From the NCBI GenBank assembly GCA_001179505.1, contig CDMY01000386.1, forward strand, positions 1-64,000: DNA of 64,000 nt, in the 5' to 3' direction. The stretch comes from Vitrella brassicaformis CCMP3155. Its lineage: Eukaryota > Protista > Chromerida. The position numbers and the translations under genes were made by a program. Position 1 is the first letter of the stretch, and each line of letters begins with the position of its first letter. Of this stretch, positions 11,860 through 25,762 are shown piece after piece. Under the pieces are notes generated by a model, which worked only from the letters and a program-made list of their open reading frames with translations, was not told where the DNA came from and did not search any database.

Positions 11860-14800
11860 GCGTGTGCGCGAGCTGGTCTCGTCAGAAGTGGTCGGGCAGG
11901 CGAGGCCAACAAATGCGACGTATGCCCTCTACTTGCGCATGGAAGAGGGGCGGGCGCATGGCTGGCTGGCTGCATGGCTGCATGGCTGACTGACTGATCG
12001 GGCGCTGTTGTAAGTAAATACTGCGCTCTGTTTTGCCTGCCGAGGGGCTGCCTACTTCTCTACTTGTCTGTCTGTACATCCTTCTCGTCCTTTCGGTCGA
12101 CTGAGTCCTACCTATCGCACAGCCAGTGGTGGCCGTTCACGCTGTGTCTGCTTGTCGAGCGCGATCTTGCAGGGGCATTTCACCTCCAGAGCGAGATGCT
12201 CCAAAAGGATCGTGGGCGGGCTGCAGACACGGAGTGAGGGGTGACGCCATCCATCCGTCACGGCTTGGTCTCGTCATATCGCACCGCACCCTTTCTCCCC
12301 TGTCTGTCTGTCTGTCTGTGTGTTTTGCGCATACATACATACATACAAAGCTACATGACATGTATGTATACGTGAGTAGGGCGTGTACCCGCCCGCCCGT
12401 TCGTTTGAGTGACTGAGTGACTGGCTGCCTGCCTCCCTCGCTGCCTCCCTCCCTGGCTTCCTTGTCTCTGTCTACATTTCTTGCCTAGTCTAGGTGACGG
12501 AACTGACCGACCGACCGACCGACCGACCGACATGCATCCGATAGCGTAATTCATTCGTTCTTCGTTGGTTCTGTCCGCCACCGGCTATCTACCCGCCCAG
12601 CCTTCCTTTCCTGTGTATGTGTTTGTGTACGTGTGTGCGTGCCTTTGTGTATTGGTTCGTTCATGTCCATCCCTCCCTGCCTGCCTGCCGCCTGCCTGCC
12701 TGCGTGCGTGTGGTGCATATTTATCCGGCCGGCAACCAACAATCCAAATGGACATCGGGTTCATCTGCCCGAGTGAGTGGAGTGGGTGGCTGGAGAAATG
12801 GTGGGTGGGGCGAGCAAATGGGCGAGGGGGAAGGTTGGGTGTGGCGGGGTGGGTGTCGCTTGGTCGTTTTGACGTCGAGCTGTAGCAGCTATGACCTAAG
12901 TGCCTATGGTATCGATTCTATCGATTGCGTTGTATGTATCGCTTTCGGTGTTTTCTCTCTCTCTCTGTCCGCCTTTCTTTCTACGCGTACACGTGTACAC
13001 GTGTATGCGTCTATACGTTTTATCCCTTAACGTATTGTTGTGTGTGAGTCCGGTCCGTCCTTGAGTCAGGTAAGCAGATCGACCGATGCCCCACCCCACC
13101 CCACCTACCTGTCTGTCTGTCTTGCTTTCCTTCCCTCCCCGTCCTTGGCGGTTTTGTGGTGTCACTTACGAAGGTAGGAAAGGTGTCTTGTCAACCTAGG
13201 TAGGTTTATCTCTCTCTGGAGGCCTCGGTGGCTGGGTGGGTTGGTGAATGCATGGGTGGAGGAGAGGAACACCTGCGTACTAAAGGTGAAAGGCAGGCGA
13301 TTTGAGTTGGGAGTGAGAGTGTTTAGTGCGTGCGAACGGCGTCACATGTGTGTGTCCATGACTGACTGACTGACTAGGTAGGCCGATCGTGGGTTATTAA
13401 GAAAGGAGTAAGTAAGCCACAAAAGGTCATGCTGAAATGGCGTTTCCTAACGTCGCGTGTGCGTACATTCATCCACTCACTCAGTCACCGGTGCGTGTGT
13501 TTGATGGTGGCCAACTCTCTCTCTCTCTCTCTCTCCCTCTCCCTCCCGTCTATATCTCTGTCTCTCTTCCGTCCGGATGCGTGCGTGGCGTGTTGGTGCG
13601 TCTTTTTCACTCATGCTCTCTGCCAATGCGTCCATCCATCCATTTGCTGCCCTCTCTGTCTGTCTGTCTGTCTGTCTGGTCGTCTAACCGCCTGGCTGGC
13701 TGCTACATTTGCTCCCACACACGTGTCTGTGCATCTGGACGCTTGGCTGCCTGCATGCCTGTGAGAAATGAAAGAAGTCCGTGGCTGGCTGACTGGCTGG
13801 TCGGCTGCGTGCATGTGCATGACTCGACCGAAGACACCCCACCCCACGTCATGTCATGTCATGCCACGCCGTTTTCCTGTCGGCAGTAAGTGAGTGAGTG
13901 TCCTTGTCCTCCCTCTCTCCTTGTCTCCTCGCCCCCCTTTTTTCCACACGAGGCGACCTGCCTGCCGACAGACGGACGGACCGACCTCCAGCCGACGTAG
14001 CTATGACACTTACGACATACGTCATTCGCCTGTTTGTGTGTATGTATGTATATGTGCCATGTGTGTGGCCGGCCATGCCGTGTGTGTGGTGCGTGGCCGG
14101 CACGGCACAGCAAACCACGGCGGACCTGACTAGCTATTTAACCAGCGAAACAGAGAGAGAGAGAGAGAGACGGAGGGTGGAAAAGATGAGTGGGTGAATG
14201 CGTGATTGCATTGGGGGGGGTGGGTACGTTTGTGAGAAGTAGGTCTGTTTGTTGCACGCACGTGTGTGTGTGTTATGTGTGAAACCGGCATGCATGACTG
14301 GATGGCATGGAATACAGGTACCCAGGTGTCATGTCATGTCATGTCATGAATGGAATGCAGGCAGGTACAAAGGTATCCATACGTACGTATACGTATATAG
14401 GTCTTTCTTCATATACATATCTGTATGTGTATGTGTGTGTGTATGTGTGTACAATCGGCTGGCTCTTCCGACAGACGCACGTCAGAAAGGTCGTCAGCCC
14501 AGCCATGGCCACCGCCCGGCCCACATTTGTTTATGTATCTATCCATCTGCCTGTGATGGAAGAAAAGACAGACAGACAGGTCAAAGCAAGCGTGTCATTG
14601 ATCATGATGTACGGTCGCTCGATTGAGTACTCTAGGTATTGGTATACACGTACGTACGGCGAATGTGCCGCCCTCGCTCATGCATCCATCGATCCATCCA
14701 TCCATCGAACAACAGGTCTCTGGCTAGCCTCAATCCATTACATATCTACTAAGGTCACCTACTTGCCTACTCACTCGTCTAGTTGCTGCAAGCCAAGCCC

Positions 14801-16577
14801 ACAAAGTGTGTGTATACAACTCACTCACTCTTGTACGCTCACGTACACAGCGCAGCCGCTCACTCGATCTGCTTGAACCTGCCTTTTTGTCTTGACTCGC
14901 GGACAGGCGAGGTCACCTCACGCACGACATGCGATGATCGGTCGGAAGTGTAATTGTGATCTGTGTCAAGATTCTCCTGCCTATTTCTCGGCGGTTATGG
15001 TGTGTGTCGCGCTCGCCATTGTCGATGTCCCCGGTCCTATGTGGGACTACGGCAATGTGGTAGAGCAGGCATGCATCCGAACTGCAGAGAAAGCCCGCAC
15101 GGAAGATCTGAGCCCTCCTCACTGCTCCTGCATCGATCGACCGACTGACCGACCCCAACCAATTCACTCTCTCATGAGCTGCTGACTGACACCCCTGTCG
15201 GTGCGGTGTGGCTCGCTCGCTGTCTGGTGTTTTATGTCTGGTGTGCTGTGTGTCGCCGTACGTTTTTCCACTCTCTGTATTTGTTTGTGTATCTAGCGGT
15301 CGGTGCCCTCGATGATTGCTCGATGGACGGATGGGTGGATCCATTGTCCCACATGATGTGTGTGCATGCCATGCCAATTCACTCTTCACTCACCCACTGC
15401 TGATTCTTGCCTCCCGAGGCAGACAGACAGACAGACACTCCTGATACACTTCACACCGACACAGAGACAGAGACAAAGAGGGCACACCATTTTGCACCCA
15501 CCCACCCACACGTATCATGGAGAGACAAAAGAAAACGACCCCAACACTCACTAGTGGCGTCTCCTCTTCATGTCTTTCTGGCTACGATGCATGATTGACT
15601 TTTCCCTCCCTCCCTCCCTCCGTCTGTGCGCCGTCCGTGGTGTGTACTTGCACATCTCTCTGTGTCTGGGCCGGCCGGGGGGAATATGTGGCTGTGGGTG
15701 CTAGTCACTGAGTGAGTGGTGTGTTCTGATGTTCTTGTACATGCGCGACGATGAATGAAACAGACAGAGCGCATGAGACCCACGTGCGTCCATCCACCCA
15801 CCCATCCATGCAGTGAGTGCACTGTGTGTGTGTGCATGTGCTGCACACAAATCAAGGGAGAGTTTTCTTACGTTATCGTCGACTGACTTGTCGATGGAGC
15901 CGTAATTGCCTTTTTTTGACCGCATTCTTGCGGGGGTTGGCTTCTCGAGAGAAGCCGGCACTGCAGGGTGCTTCTATATCCAGTGTGATTTGACCGACAC
16001 AGACGCACCGACGCGCCCATTCAGATACGCACAGCAATGAAGGCATCGAAAGAATCAGTGCCTGCCAGTCAATGCATTGCAATGGACTCCACCAGGGAAA
16101 GGGTTTAGGCAGTGTGCTGGAGTGCAAAGCGTCAATGGATGCAAATGCGAAGAATGACCGGAATGGATGGATGAATGCGGTTCGATAGTTGTGCAGCAAT
16201 GAGAGCGAATGCGACCGTCACGGCCGTATGTATACTGACTGACCCTTTGATTCTCTCTGTGCGTCTGTACAAGTCCAGCACACGCAGACATCCATCCATC
16301 CATCCGATGAACGAACCATGCAGCTCTTCGTCCACCGAACATCAGCCAGTCACGCATGAGGGCATCGTGGCAGCCCTCCCCACCCCTCCCTCTCTCTGCA
16401 ACTTATCCTACACACACATCAGCAAGCTGTCGATGGGCCCGGCCGACCTGACAAACAAAGAAAGAGACAAACAGCCAAAGGACCAACCAACCAAACAAAC
16501 ATGAAACCACCGCTGCAGGACGTTCATTCCATGGACGCAGGACAGCCAGACCGCCCGTGCGTACCTGTGGTCTTCTA
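11860..16577. other. Long microsatellite-rich region with no convincing CDS (UTR/intergenic)
   Basis: Dominated by (GT)n, (CT)n, (CTGT)n, (GGAT)n and (CCGA)n; ORF-track translations are low-complexity. Confidence 0.55.
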
Positions 16578-18748
16578 TTAGGTGTCACGCTGTTTGAGAA
16601 TGAGTTTCTCATCTCTTCCCCAGCTGATGTCGTACTCGCGGCCGTCAATCCCGCCGATGGTGTTGCGGTGCGTCTGCTCGACGACCCGCTTGAAGTAATG
16701 TCGTCCAGGTCGGCACAGCGGGGCAAATCGCAGCTCAAAGGTCAGCTCCTCGACGCCTCGGATCTTGAGCAGCGATTTGACGCACGCGATGCCGAACTCG
16801 CCGACAGCATCTTCATCACGCAGGGCCTCAGGCACTGCAGCGACACAGACAGGCATACACAACACCCGATGGGCTGGTATGTGAATGGTGGCGATTGTTG
16901 GCAGCTCACCTTCTACAGTAAGGTCCAGCCGTTTGATAGTCGGCAGCTGATCCGCTATGTCCCCGCACGTGAGTCCCCCCTCGCCCACCCCCTTGACGCT
17001 TGTGGCAAGGAGCCATCCCAGGCCCCTCTCCCCGCCCACCGCCTGCAGCACCCCCACAGCCTGCTCCTCTGTTGGGTTGGTCAGCTTAATGGTTCCGACT
17101 GCCGGCATCTTGGCCACCAGCCTTCGCCCAGCCGCATGGCCCTTGTTGCTGTCCACCGTCAGGAGTGACGCGGCAGGGAATGCGTCATCTGGCATCCTGT
17201 CGAGCACCACTGGATCGGGCTGCTCGTGGGGCGCAATATGTCGAGGGTGGTTCACCACCGACACGTACTGCGCGTTGGGGAATGTCAGGCGCTCTGCGAG
17301 GTCGATGACAGCGCTGCTGGGTGTGTCGAGTGGGGTGGTGAGGTGGTGGGGATGGATGGTGAAGGACGCCCAGCGTGTGTGGGCGGCCAGCTGCTTGATG
17401 TGTTTCTGGACGAAGGGGGGGGGCTGCGCTCACAAAGCTGTGGACCGCACAATCGATGTCGATGGGAATGTCGGGCTTCACACACACGGCATTGGTGAAG
17501 GCCTCGATCGTCAAGAGGGTCTCGAAGATGCGGCTGTCGATCCCAGCGGTGCCGAAATCGATGTCGAGCTTCTTGATGGAGCGGCAGCCACGGTCGACGA
17601 GAACGTCCTGCACAAAGACACACGCAACTCACAAGCAAGCTCTGGCCCTCCCTCTCTGGCCGTGTGTACCTCGTGTGGTTCATCGCATACCTGAAGATCC
17701 TCCAGACCCGCAGCCCAAGCATTCGGCATCCTGAGGGTCCCGATGTACTCCAGCTGCGCCAGAGGCCCCGGTTGGCCAGCAGCCGCCGTGGGGATGTGCC
17801 TCAGCGTGCGCCGCATGGCGACAGGAGTGCATTCGACGTGCAGGTCCTTCAGGCACCGCGACGTCCCCACCAGCTCCCCCAATATGTCGGCCAACACGAC
17901 ATTGCAATGCACCGTCCCTGGCACGTGGACTGTCTCGAGTGACGGCAGCTGCCAGTGGCGCCCGCGGCCGGGACACACTAAAGTCCCCGGGATGGGAGGG
18001 AGAATGATGGCTGTGATGGATTCGAGGGACTGGAGAATGGGGGGCGGGTCGAGGGGCGGGGGGAGGGCCGACGACTGCTCTGTCGCAGCTCTGATGTTGC
18101 GATACTCATCCTTCTCGACGGTTATGCTGCACTCCTTCCTGCTGATGTCTATCGAGTTCAATGTGCTGCCCGCCGGCTGCCTGGTCGCTGCCGCCGCCGC
18201 TGCCGCTGCGGCTCTCCGTCCCTGAATGTGCCCCTCCACCAATGCCGTGACGACCTTGTTGCTCATCCGCGGCAGCAGAGTCAAGCTGTCATTAGCGGAC
18301 AGCCGCCCAGCGGGAGTCACAGTCGGGACGTGGAGGCACATGGGATACTCGACGACAATGGAGCTGAGACGTTTGAGCCGCCGGCCCCACTCGAGGGCGT
18401 CGTTGAACGACAGGCCGCACCAGAAGCGCCGCTCGGCCGTGTCGTAGGTGTCCATCACCAGCTGGGTGATCTGGCAGCCGACGTGGCGCCACAGCCGCTG
18501 GGGCAGCGCCGCCACCAAATGAAGCGACACGAACGAGAAGACGTAGGCAACGACAACAGGCTGAGTGGACAACACACGCCACACAGAGGACACAATGAAG
18601 ATCTATGTGTTTGCCAGTGGTTTCGTTTGGTGCATGTTACGAGTTGGCTGCAGCGCTGAGCAAACGCCTCCAAATCTACGCTGTGCGTGACCTGCGATGC
18701 CGCGGCCTGCTGCTGCTGCTGCTGCTGCTGGTCGTCGGAGTCCATCAT
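16578..18748 (-). pseudogene. Member of a lineage-specific expanded family (F-box-like N-terminus, LRR-like body) with an apparent frameshift; pseudogene or homopolymer error
   Basis: Exons 18748-18641, 18560-17691, 17607-16910, 16834-16578. Motifs SQLPVVVAYVFSF, ITQLVMD...RRFW...EWGRRL, ALVEGHIQGR. The frame changes at a G9 run (17415-17423) between DCAVHSF and PFVQKHIKQLAA. Confidence 0.65.
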
Positions 18749-19079
18749 GGCCTCCGAGTCGTCGTGTGCGTCCTCCGGTCTGTGGCCTCTCCCCACCTTT
18801 CTGCCCCCCACAGTCAAACCCTATAAGTTTCAAACCCTTGACCCTATCGATCCGGCGAATTTGGCGCGGGGAGATGGCTGCAGGAGGGCGTGGAAGGGCG
18901 CAACTCTGCCACACCTGAATGAGCCCTTCAACTGCCACTATAGCTCGTCGAGACGATTCCGTGTTCGACGACCATCTATTGCCTCCGCCTTAGTCGTGCC
19001 TCTGCAGCCGGCCTCATTAGATATCTAGATCTGCCAGCGGCGGCCTGCCGGCGTATACCCCTCTCTCATCGCAGCCGTG

Positions 19080-22000
19080 ATGTCGGAGCGTCTGGCCGAG
19101 GGGACTGAGGTGTGGATCCGTTGCGAAGAGGACGTATGGCGGCAGGCGGAGATCGTCAGCGTGGCCGACACGGGCGTGACGGTGCGGGACAACGAGGGGG
19201 AGACCATCGTGCTGAAGAAGGCCGAGCCCATATACCTGCGCAACACGGAGCAGTTCAACAGCGAGGGGCTGGTGGCTCTCGACGACCTGACGCAGCTCAC
19301 GCACCTGCACGAGGCGGCCGTGCTCAACTCGCTCAATGTGCGCTTCGATATCGACAAGATCTACACGTTCACGGGGCCCATCCTGATCGCCGTCAACCCC
19401 TTCAAGATGATTCCCGGCATGTATGACAATGACGTAAGCGATCAAGGGAGGGCGGGCAATCAGCCAAGCGAGCGGTCAAAGGAGGCCGCATCTCCTCGCT
19501 ACACATACATCAATGCTTGTGTCCGTGTGTTGTTTACGGTCCTGCAGACGCTGCGGCAGTTCGTGCTTCCAGTTCGGTCCAAGATCCCTCACGTCTTCTC
19601 GACGGCCAACAGTGCCTACCGGGGTATATGCGATCGCAAAAAGAGCCAGGTCAGCCAATCGGCACCATCCATCCATCCATCCATGGTGTATGTGGTGTGT
19701 GTGCTGTCTGAATCTATCAGTCGATTCTGATTAGTGGTGAGAGTGGTGCGGGCAAGACGGAGACGACCAAGTTTGTCATGAAGTTCCTGGCGCTGGCCGG
19801 CAGCGGCAGCGAGGAGAACACTTCCACAGTCGAGAGCCAGGTCCTCGAGTCCAACCCACTGCTGGAGGCTTTCGGCAACGCCAGGTCAGACAGACAGACA
19901 GACAGCACACTACACACCACACGCACAGCAGCAGGCAGCATTGTCCGTGCGGCCGTGTATGTGTGTGTGCAGGACGCTTCGCAACGACAACTCGAGTCGT
20001 TTCGGGAAGTTCATTGAGCTGCAGTTCAAGATAGAGACCGACCAGGAGGGCATCGAAAAGGGCAGGTCAGTTACGCACACACCGGCAGACAGGCAGGCAG
20101 TGAGTGATGCATTCATTTGTGTGTCACCGGTGGTGTGTGCAGGTTGTGCGGCGCGCGGATCCAGACGTATTTGTTGGAGAAGGTGCGAGTGGTGGACCAG
20201 CAGGAGGGCGAGCGCAGCTTCCACATCTTCTACCAGCTGTGCGCCGCCGCATCGCGCGGCTGCGACCAAAACGGCGTCTACCATTTCCCACAATTCGACA
20301 GGGTGAGTCCGAGTGCACACANNNNNNNNNNNNNNNNNNNNNNNNNNNNNNNNNNNNNNNNNNNNNNNNNNNNNNNNNNNNNNNNNNNNNNNNNNNNNNN
20401 NNNNNNNNNNNNNNNNNNNNNNNNNNNNNNNNNNNNNNNNNNNNNNNNNNNNNNNNNNNNNNNNNNNNNNNNNNNNNNNNNNNNNNNNNNNNNNNNNNNN
20501 NNNNNNNNNNNNNNNNNNNNNNNNNNNNNNNNNNNNNNNNNNNNNNNNNNNNNNNNNNNNNNNNNNNNNNNNNNNNNNNNNNNNNNNNNNNNNNNNNNNN
20601 NNNNNNNNNNNNNNNNNNNNNCCCCCCCGCGCAACACAGACACAGAGACAGAGACAGACAGACACAGACAGCTCCCCCCTCTCTCTGTGTGTCCGTGGTG
20701 TCTGTCCTTCAGACGAAGCGCAAGCCCCGCCCGCCAGTGCCGTTTTCGTTGGATCTGTCTGCGTACGGCCCGCACGACTCGTTCCGCTACCTGTGCAAGA
20801 GCAGCACCTACATGCTCGATAATGTAGACGACGTGGAGATGTTCGAGGCGACGCTGTACGCCATGCAGGTCGGGAGTGACAGATAGACAGACAGATAGAT
20901 AGACAGACAGAAGACAGAGAGGCGTTTGTGTGTGATCGGTTGACGTGGCAGACGATCGGCATCCCTTTGGAGGAGATCGAGTACATCTTCCGTGTGGTGG
21001 GCGCCGTCCTGTACCTCGGCAACATCATATTCGAACCGCCGCAGAACAACTCAGAGGCCTCAGAGGTCGGTGCACTGCACTGCCTGGTCCACATACCGTC
21101 TTTACACTCTCTGTGTGTGTATGTCACGTGTCTGTCTGTCTGTCTGTGTGTGTGTTGTGCAGATCTCTGGCACGAGTCAGCATTCCTTTGAGAGGGCCTG
21201 CGACCTGCTGGGCGTCCCGCGGGACCGACTGGCCGAGACGCTCTGCCTGCGGGTCATCCGCACACGATCAGAGTCATACATGTAAGCACACACACCCTCC
21301 CCCCTCCCAACCCAACCCACCACACCACACACTTGCCCATGTGGATGGTGGATGGTGGATGGTTTGCAGGAAGCCGCTGAACGTCAAGGAGGCCGAGGAG
21401 AACCGCGACGCGTTGGCACGTGCCCTCTACGGCACTCTGTTCCTCCGGATCGTGCAGCGCACCAACGAGTCCATCGGATACATCCCCAACGTCAAACTCA
21501 TGTATGTATGTCTGAACGGCGTGGGGGTGGCAGACAGAGGAGAGAGAGGCGCATCGATGGATGGATGCCCGCGCGTGTGTGTGTGTGTGTGTTTAGCTGT
21601 GGCGTGTTGGACATTTTTGGATTTGAGTGTTTCAAGAACAACTCCTTCGAACAGATCTGCATTAACTTCACCAACGAGCGGTGCGTTACCGACTGCCTTG
21701 CCAGACCAGATGATCTATCTGCATATCCGTGTGTCCGTGTGTCTGTGTGTGTGCTGTGCAGGCTGCAGCAGTTTTTCAACACGTTTGTGTTCAAGTGTGA
21801 GGAGGAACTGTATCAGAAGGAGAAGATCCCGTGGGACCCGCTGGACTTCCCTGACAACCAGGACTGCGTCGACCTGCTCCAGGGCAAACCACACGTACCT
21901 ATCACACACACACACACCTACACGGATGCATCAGGGACAAGTGTGTGTGTGGTGGTAGGGTCTCTTTTCGATGCTCGACGAGGAGTGTCTGGTGCCCCAG

Positions 22001-25000
22001 GGCTCCGACCAGGGCTTCTGCAACAAGATCTGCAAACAACACACCGGTAGGTACCACCCTCACACACACCTCTCCCCCGCCCCCACCGCCGCCTCCACCC
22101 TCTCCATCGCACGTGTCCATGTCTGCAGGCCACCGTCGATTCTCACCGTTCCGGACGGACCCGAAGCTGTTCACGGTCAACCACTTTGCGGGCCCGGTGC
22201 ACTACGACAGCCGGGGGTTTCTGGACAAGAACAAGGACCAGCTGTCGCAGGACGTGCAGGAGGTCATCAAGGAGTCATCAGTCACGTGGATCGCCGACCT
22301 CTTCAAGTGAGGGAGGCAGAGAGAGAGAGAGAATCAATCAGAGAGGGAGGGAGGGGCGGTGGCAGGGCGAGTGGATGCTCTCTCTCTCTCTGTCTGTGTG
22401 TGTAGGGATCTGCTGAACCGTGGCGGCGGTGCTGAGGCAGCAGCGGCGGGGCAACCAAGGTGACTGACAGCGAATGGATTTGCCGCGCCATGGACGCACA
22501 GACACACACACACACACACACAGCCCATCTCCTCCCCCTTGGTGTGCATTGCAGGAAGTCAGCCAAGCGTCCCGCGACGGTGTCGTCCGAGTTCAAGGAG
22601 CAGCTCAACGCACTCATGACCACCATACAGGCCACTGAACCGCACTTCGTCAGGTGCCTCGCTCAACACACACACACTAATACCTCCACACGTAGCTAAG
22701 CTGTGTGGTGTGGTGTGTTGTGTTGTGTGGCGTGGCGTGGCGTGAAGGTGCATCAAGCCCAACCCCCAGAACCAGCCCGATCAGTTTGAGCGGAAAAGCG
22801 TCACTGAGCAGCTCAGGTCAGTTGTCAATCAGCATGCAAGCACACGATAAGAGAGAGGAGATACGATTTGCCAATGTACCGCACCCATACTTGTTTGTGT
22901 GTGTGTGTGTGTGCTGTGTGTGGACAGGTACGGTGGTGTGCTGCAGGCGGTGCAGGTCAGCCGTGCCGGCTACCCCGTGCGGGTCTCACACGCCGAGTGC
23001 TTCACCGACTACCGAATACTCGCAGATAGACCGGTACACGACACCCGCCCCACCAGACAGACAGACAGACAGACGACCCGCGTGTCCACGGTGTTTGGTC
23101 AGGTTATGAAGCCGTTGCTAAGCATCGAGGTGCGGACGGCGAGTGAGAAGCTGCTGGTCCACCTGACGGACAGCCTGCCGCTGCCCAAGACCAAACACGG
23201 CGGCAGGAGCTGGGCGGTCGGACAGACGCTCTGCTTCTTCAAGTACACACACACACACACACACAGAAATTATATCCCCCCCCACTGTGTGTGTGTGTCA
23301 TGTGTCCACCAGGCAGGAGTCCTACGAGGTGCTGTCGTCCCGCCGGAAGAAGCTGCAGCGCGAGTGCGCCATCAAGCTGCAGGCCAAGTGGAAGGCCATC
23401 CGGGAGAAACACGCCTACACACAACTCAAGGCCTCGTCGCTCAAAATACAGGCACGCCCCCCGCCCCGAGCTCCAGCGGCTGCATTGCCATTGCATCGTT
23501 CCCTCTCTCTGTGTCTGTCTCCTCACAGGCGTTGATGCGTGGCCGGTTGGGGCGCAAGGATGCCCGCCGCCGGCGGGAGGAGAGGGCGGCCACCGTCCTG
23601 CAGAACTTCGCCAGAAGAAACAGAGACAGAATCAAATTCCTCAGGTACTGGACAGACTGGCACTTTTCCCACCCCCCCACAGCCGACACAATCTTTCTCT
23701 TTCTCTGTATTGTTTGTGTTGTGTGCACAGGATCCGTTCGCAGATCATTTTGATTCAGTGCGCCTACCGCGGCCACACCGGCCGGCTGTATGCCAAGAGC
23801 TATAGGGTGCACCGCGCGGCGAGCCGCATCCAGGCCACATGGAAGATGCACACGGCGCGGACCTACTACGCCAAACTCAAGAGGGCCAACACGCTCGCAC
23901 AGAGGAGGTGCGCTCACCCCCACCCCACCCACATCGGCATCAATAGAGACAGACAGACAGACAGATGGACTCTGTGTGTGTGCCGGTTGTGTGGTGGTTA
24001 GGTGGCGCACGATATTGGCGAAGCGTCAGCTGCGTCGTCTGAAGCAGGAGGCCAAGGAGGCCGCGTCCCTCTTCACCAAAGTGCAGCAGCTGCAGCAGGA
24101 ATGCAACAACCTCAAAAAGGCCAGAGGAGACGTAAGCACTCCACCCAACACAGCACCCACACCACAGACCAGACACACCCCCGGGTCGCTGACTACTACT
24201 TGTGTACTGGTGGTCTGTCTGCAGGCGGAAACGCAGTTGTTGCAGAAGGATGACCACATCCACACCCTCAACAGCCGCCTGACCCGGCTGCAGCACGACC
24301 TCAACGCAGCCAAGACACAGCTGCAGGAAAAAGACGACGAACTGCAGGCCGAAGTCCAGCGGTCAGTAAAAGAGCAGCTTTCCCCCTCCCCCTCCCTCTC
24401 CCCCCCACCACACCACATGCAATGTGCCCTGTGTGTATCCCTGCAGGTTGTCCGAGAAGCATCGTCGCGAAATCGAGGCTCAGCGTGAGGCCCTGGAAGC
24501 CGCTCAGCCCCCTCCCCCGCCCCCCATGCCCTCACCCCCTCCCATGCCCAGCGTGCGTGAGAACCAGGTCCAGACCACACACACGGAGCCCCCCACAGCG
24601 AGGCACACGATGCCGCCCGCCACCAACGCCGACAGCCCCTCAGGCCTTGCGCCACACCCCCACCACCCCTCACGGACGCGTAGCGGGTCGAGAGAGGACC
24701 CCCACCACCCCCCCACGCCCGGGAGATCGGGCAGACACGACATACACGAAATGGTGCGTTCGGGGTGTGGGAGAGAGAGGGGAGGGGGTTTCGCGTGTTG
24801 AGTGGTGTGTTGTGTTGGGTTGTGCGGTGGTGTTGCGTGCAGCTGGAGAGTGTCCGTGCGGACGCGCTGCAGCAGGGTCGGGCTGAGCGTGCGAGTGAGC
24901 TGGAGGCCAAGGACAGCGAGTTCGAAAGCCTGAAGCAGCAGCTCGAGAAGATGAAACAGGAGAAGGACGCGGCGGAACGAAAACTACAAGAGGCAAGCCA

Positions 25001-25723
25001 ACCACACCACACCACACTTGTCCCTAGCCAACCACCCTCCACCACGCTGTCTGTCTGTCTGTGTCAGTCTGAGAGCCGCTACGCCCACCTACTCCGGTCC
25101 TCCGTGCTGTCGTCCACCCATCATATGGAGCAGCACGCTGGCGCAAACAGAGCCAGCCAGCCGGCCCTGAACGGCCCCGTCTCCGGTGCTGGTGCTGGTG
25201 CTGGTGCTGGTGCGGCGGGCCAGCAGCGCATGATGGCCACGCAGCCCGCTCCGCAGACCATGCGGCAGACCACCGCTGGCGGACAGAGGACACGGCCACA
25301 CAGGTACCGCACCTGTGTGGGAGAGAGAGGGAGAGGGAGAGAGAGGTGGTGGGTGGGCTGTGGTGCAGTCAATGTGTGTGCTTGTGGTTGTAGGTCATAC
25401 GAGCCGCGGCCGATCGACATTATATTGGTCGGTCCTCCTAAAGTGGGAAAGACGGCGCTGCTCGAGGGGTTCTTCCTCAAGGCAAACACGCACACACACA
25501 CACACAGCGCCCATCCATCCATCCATCCATCGTGCTGTGGTTTGTCTCTCTCTCTCTCTGTGTGTGTGTGTTTGTGTGTCAGTTGGGTGCGGATCGGCAG
25601 GCGTCCAATCTCGAGAAGTTGCGTTTGTCGCGGGACCAGCAGCGTGAGGGCCACGACACGACCTTCATGCAGTACGCCGTCGACTTCAACAACGCGCCTC
25701 TCAGGATGATGGACGCACCGGGT

Positions 25724-25762
<39 letters not shown>

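Noticed and set aside
11882-15600. Many overlapping short ORFs
   Set aside because: Translations reflect microsatellites ([12 protein letters not shown]) and lack codon bias or domains.
16100-16109. AGGGTTTAGG (CCTAAACCCT on minus), resembling a telomerase RNA template
   Set aside because: A 10-nt match to some permutation of TTTAGGG is expected about once by chance in 64 kb, and there is no supporting structure.
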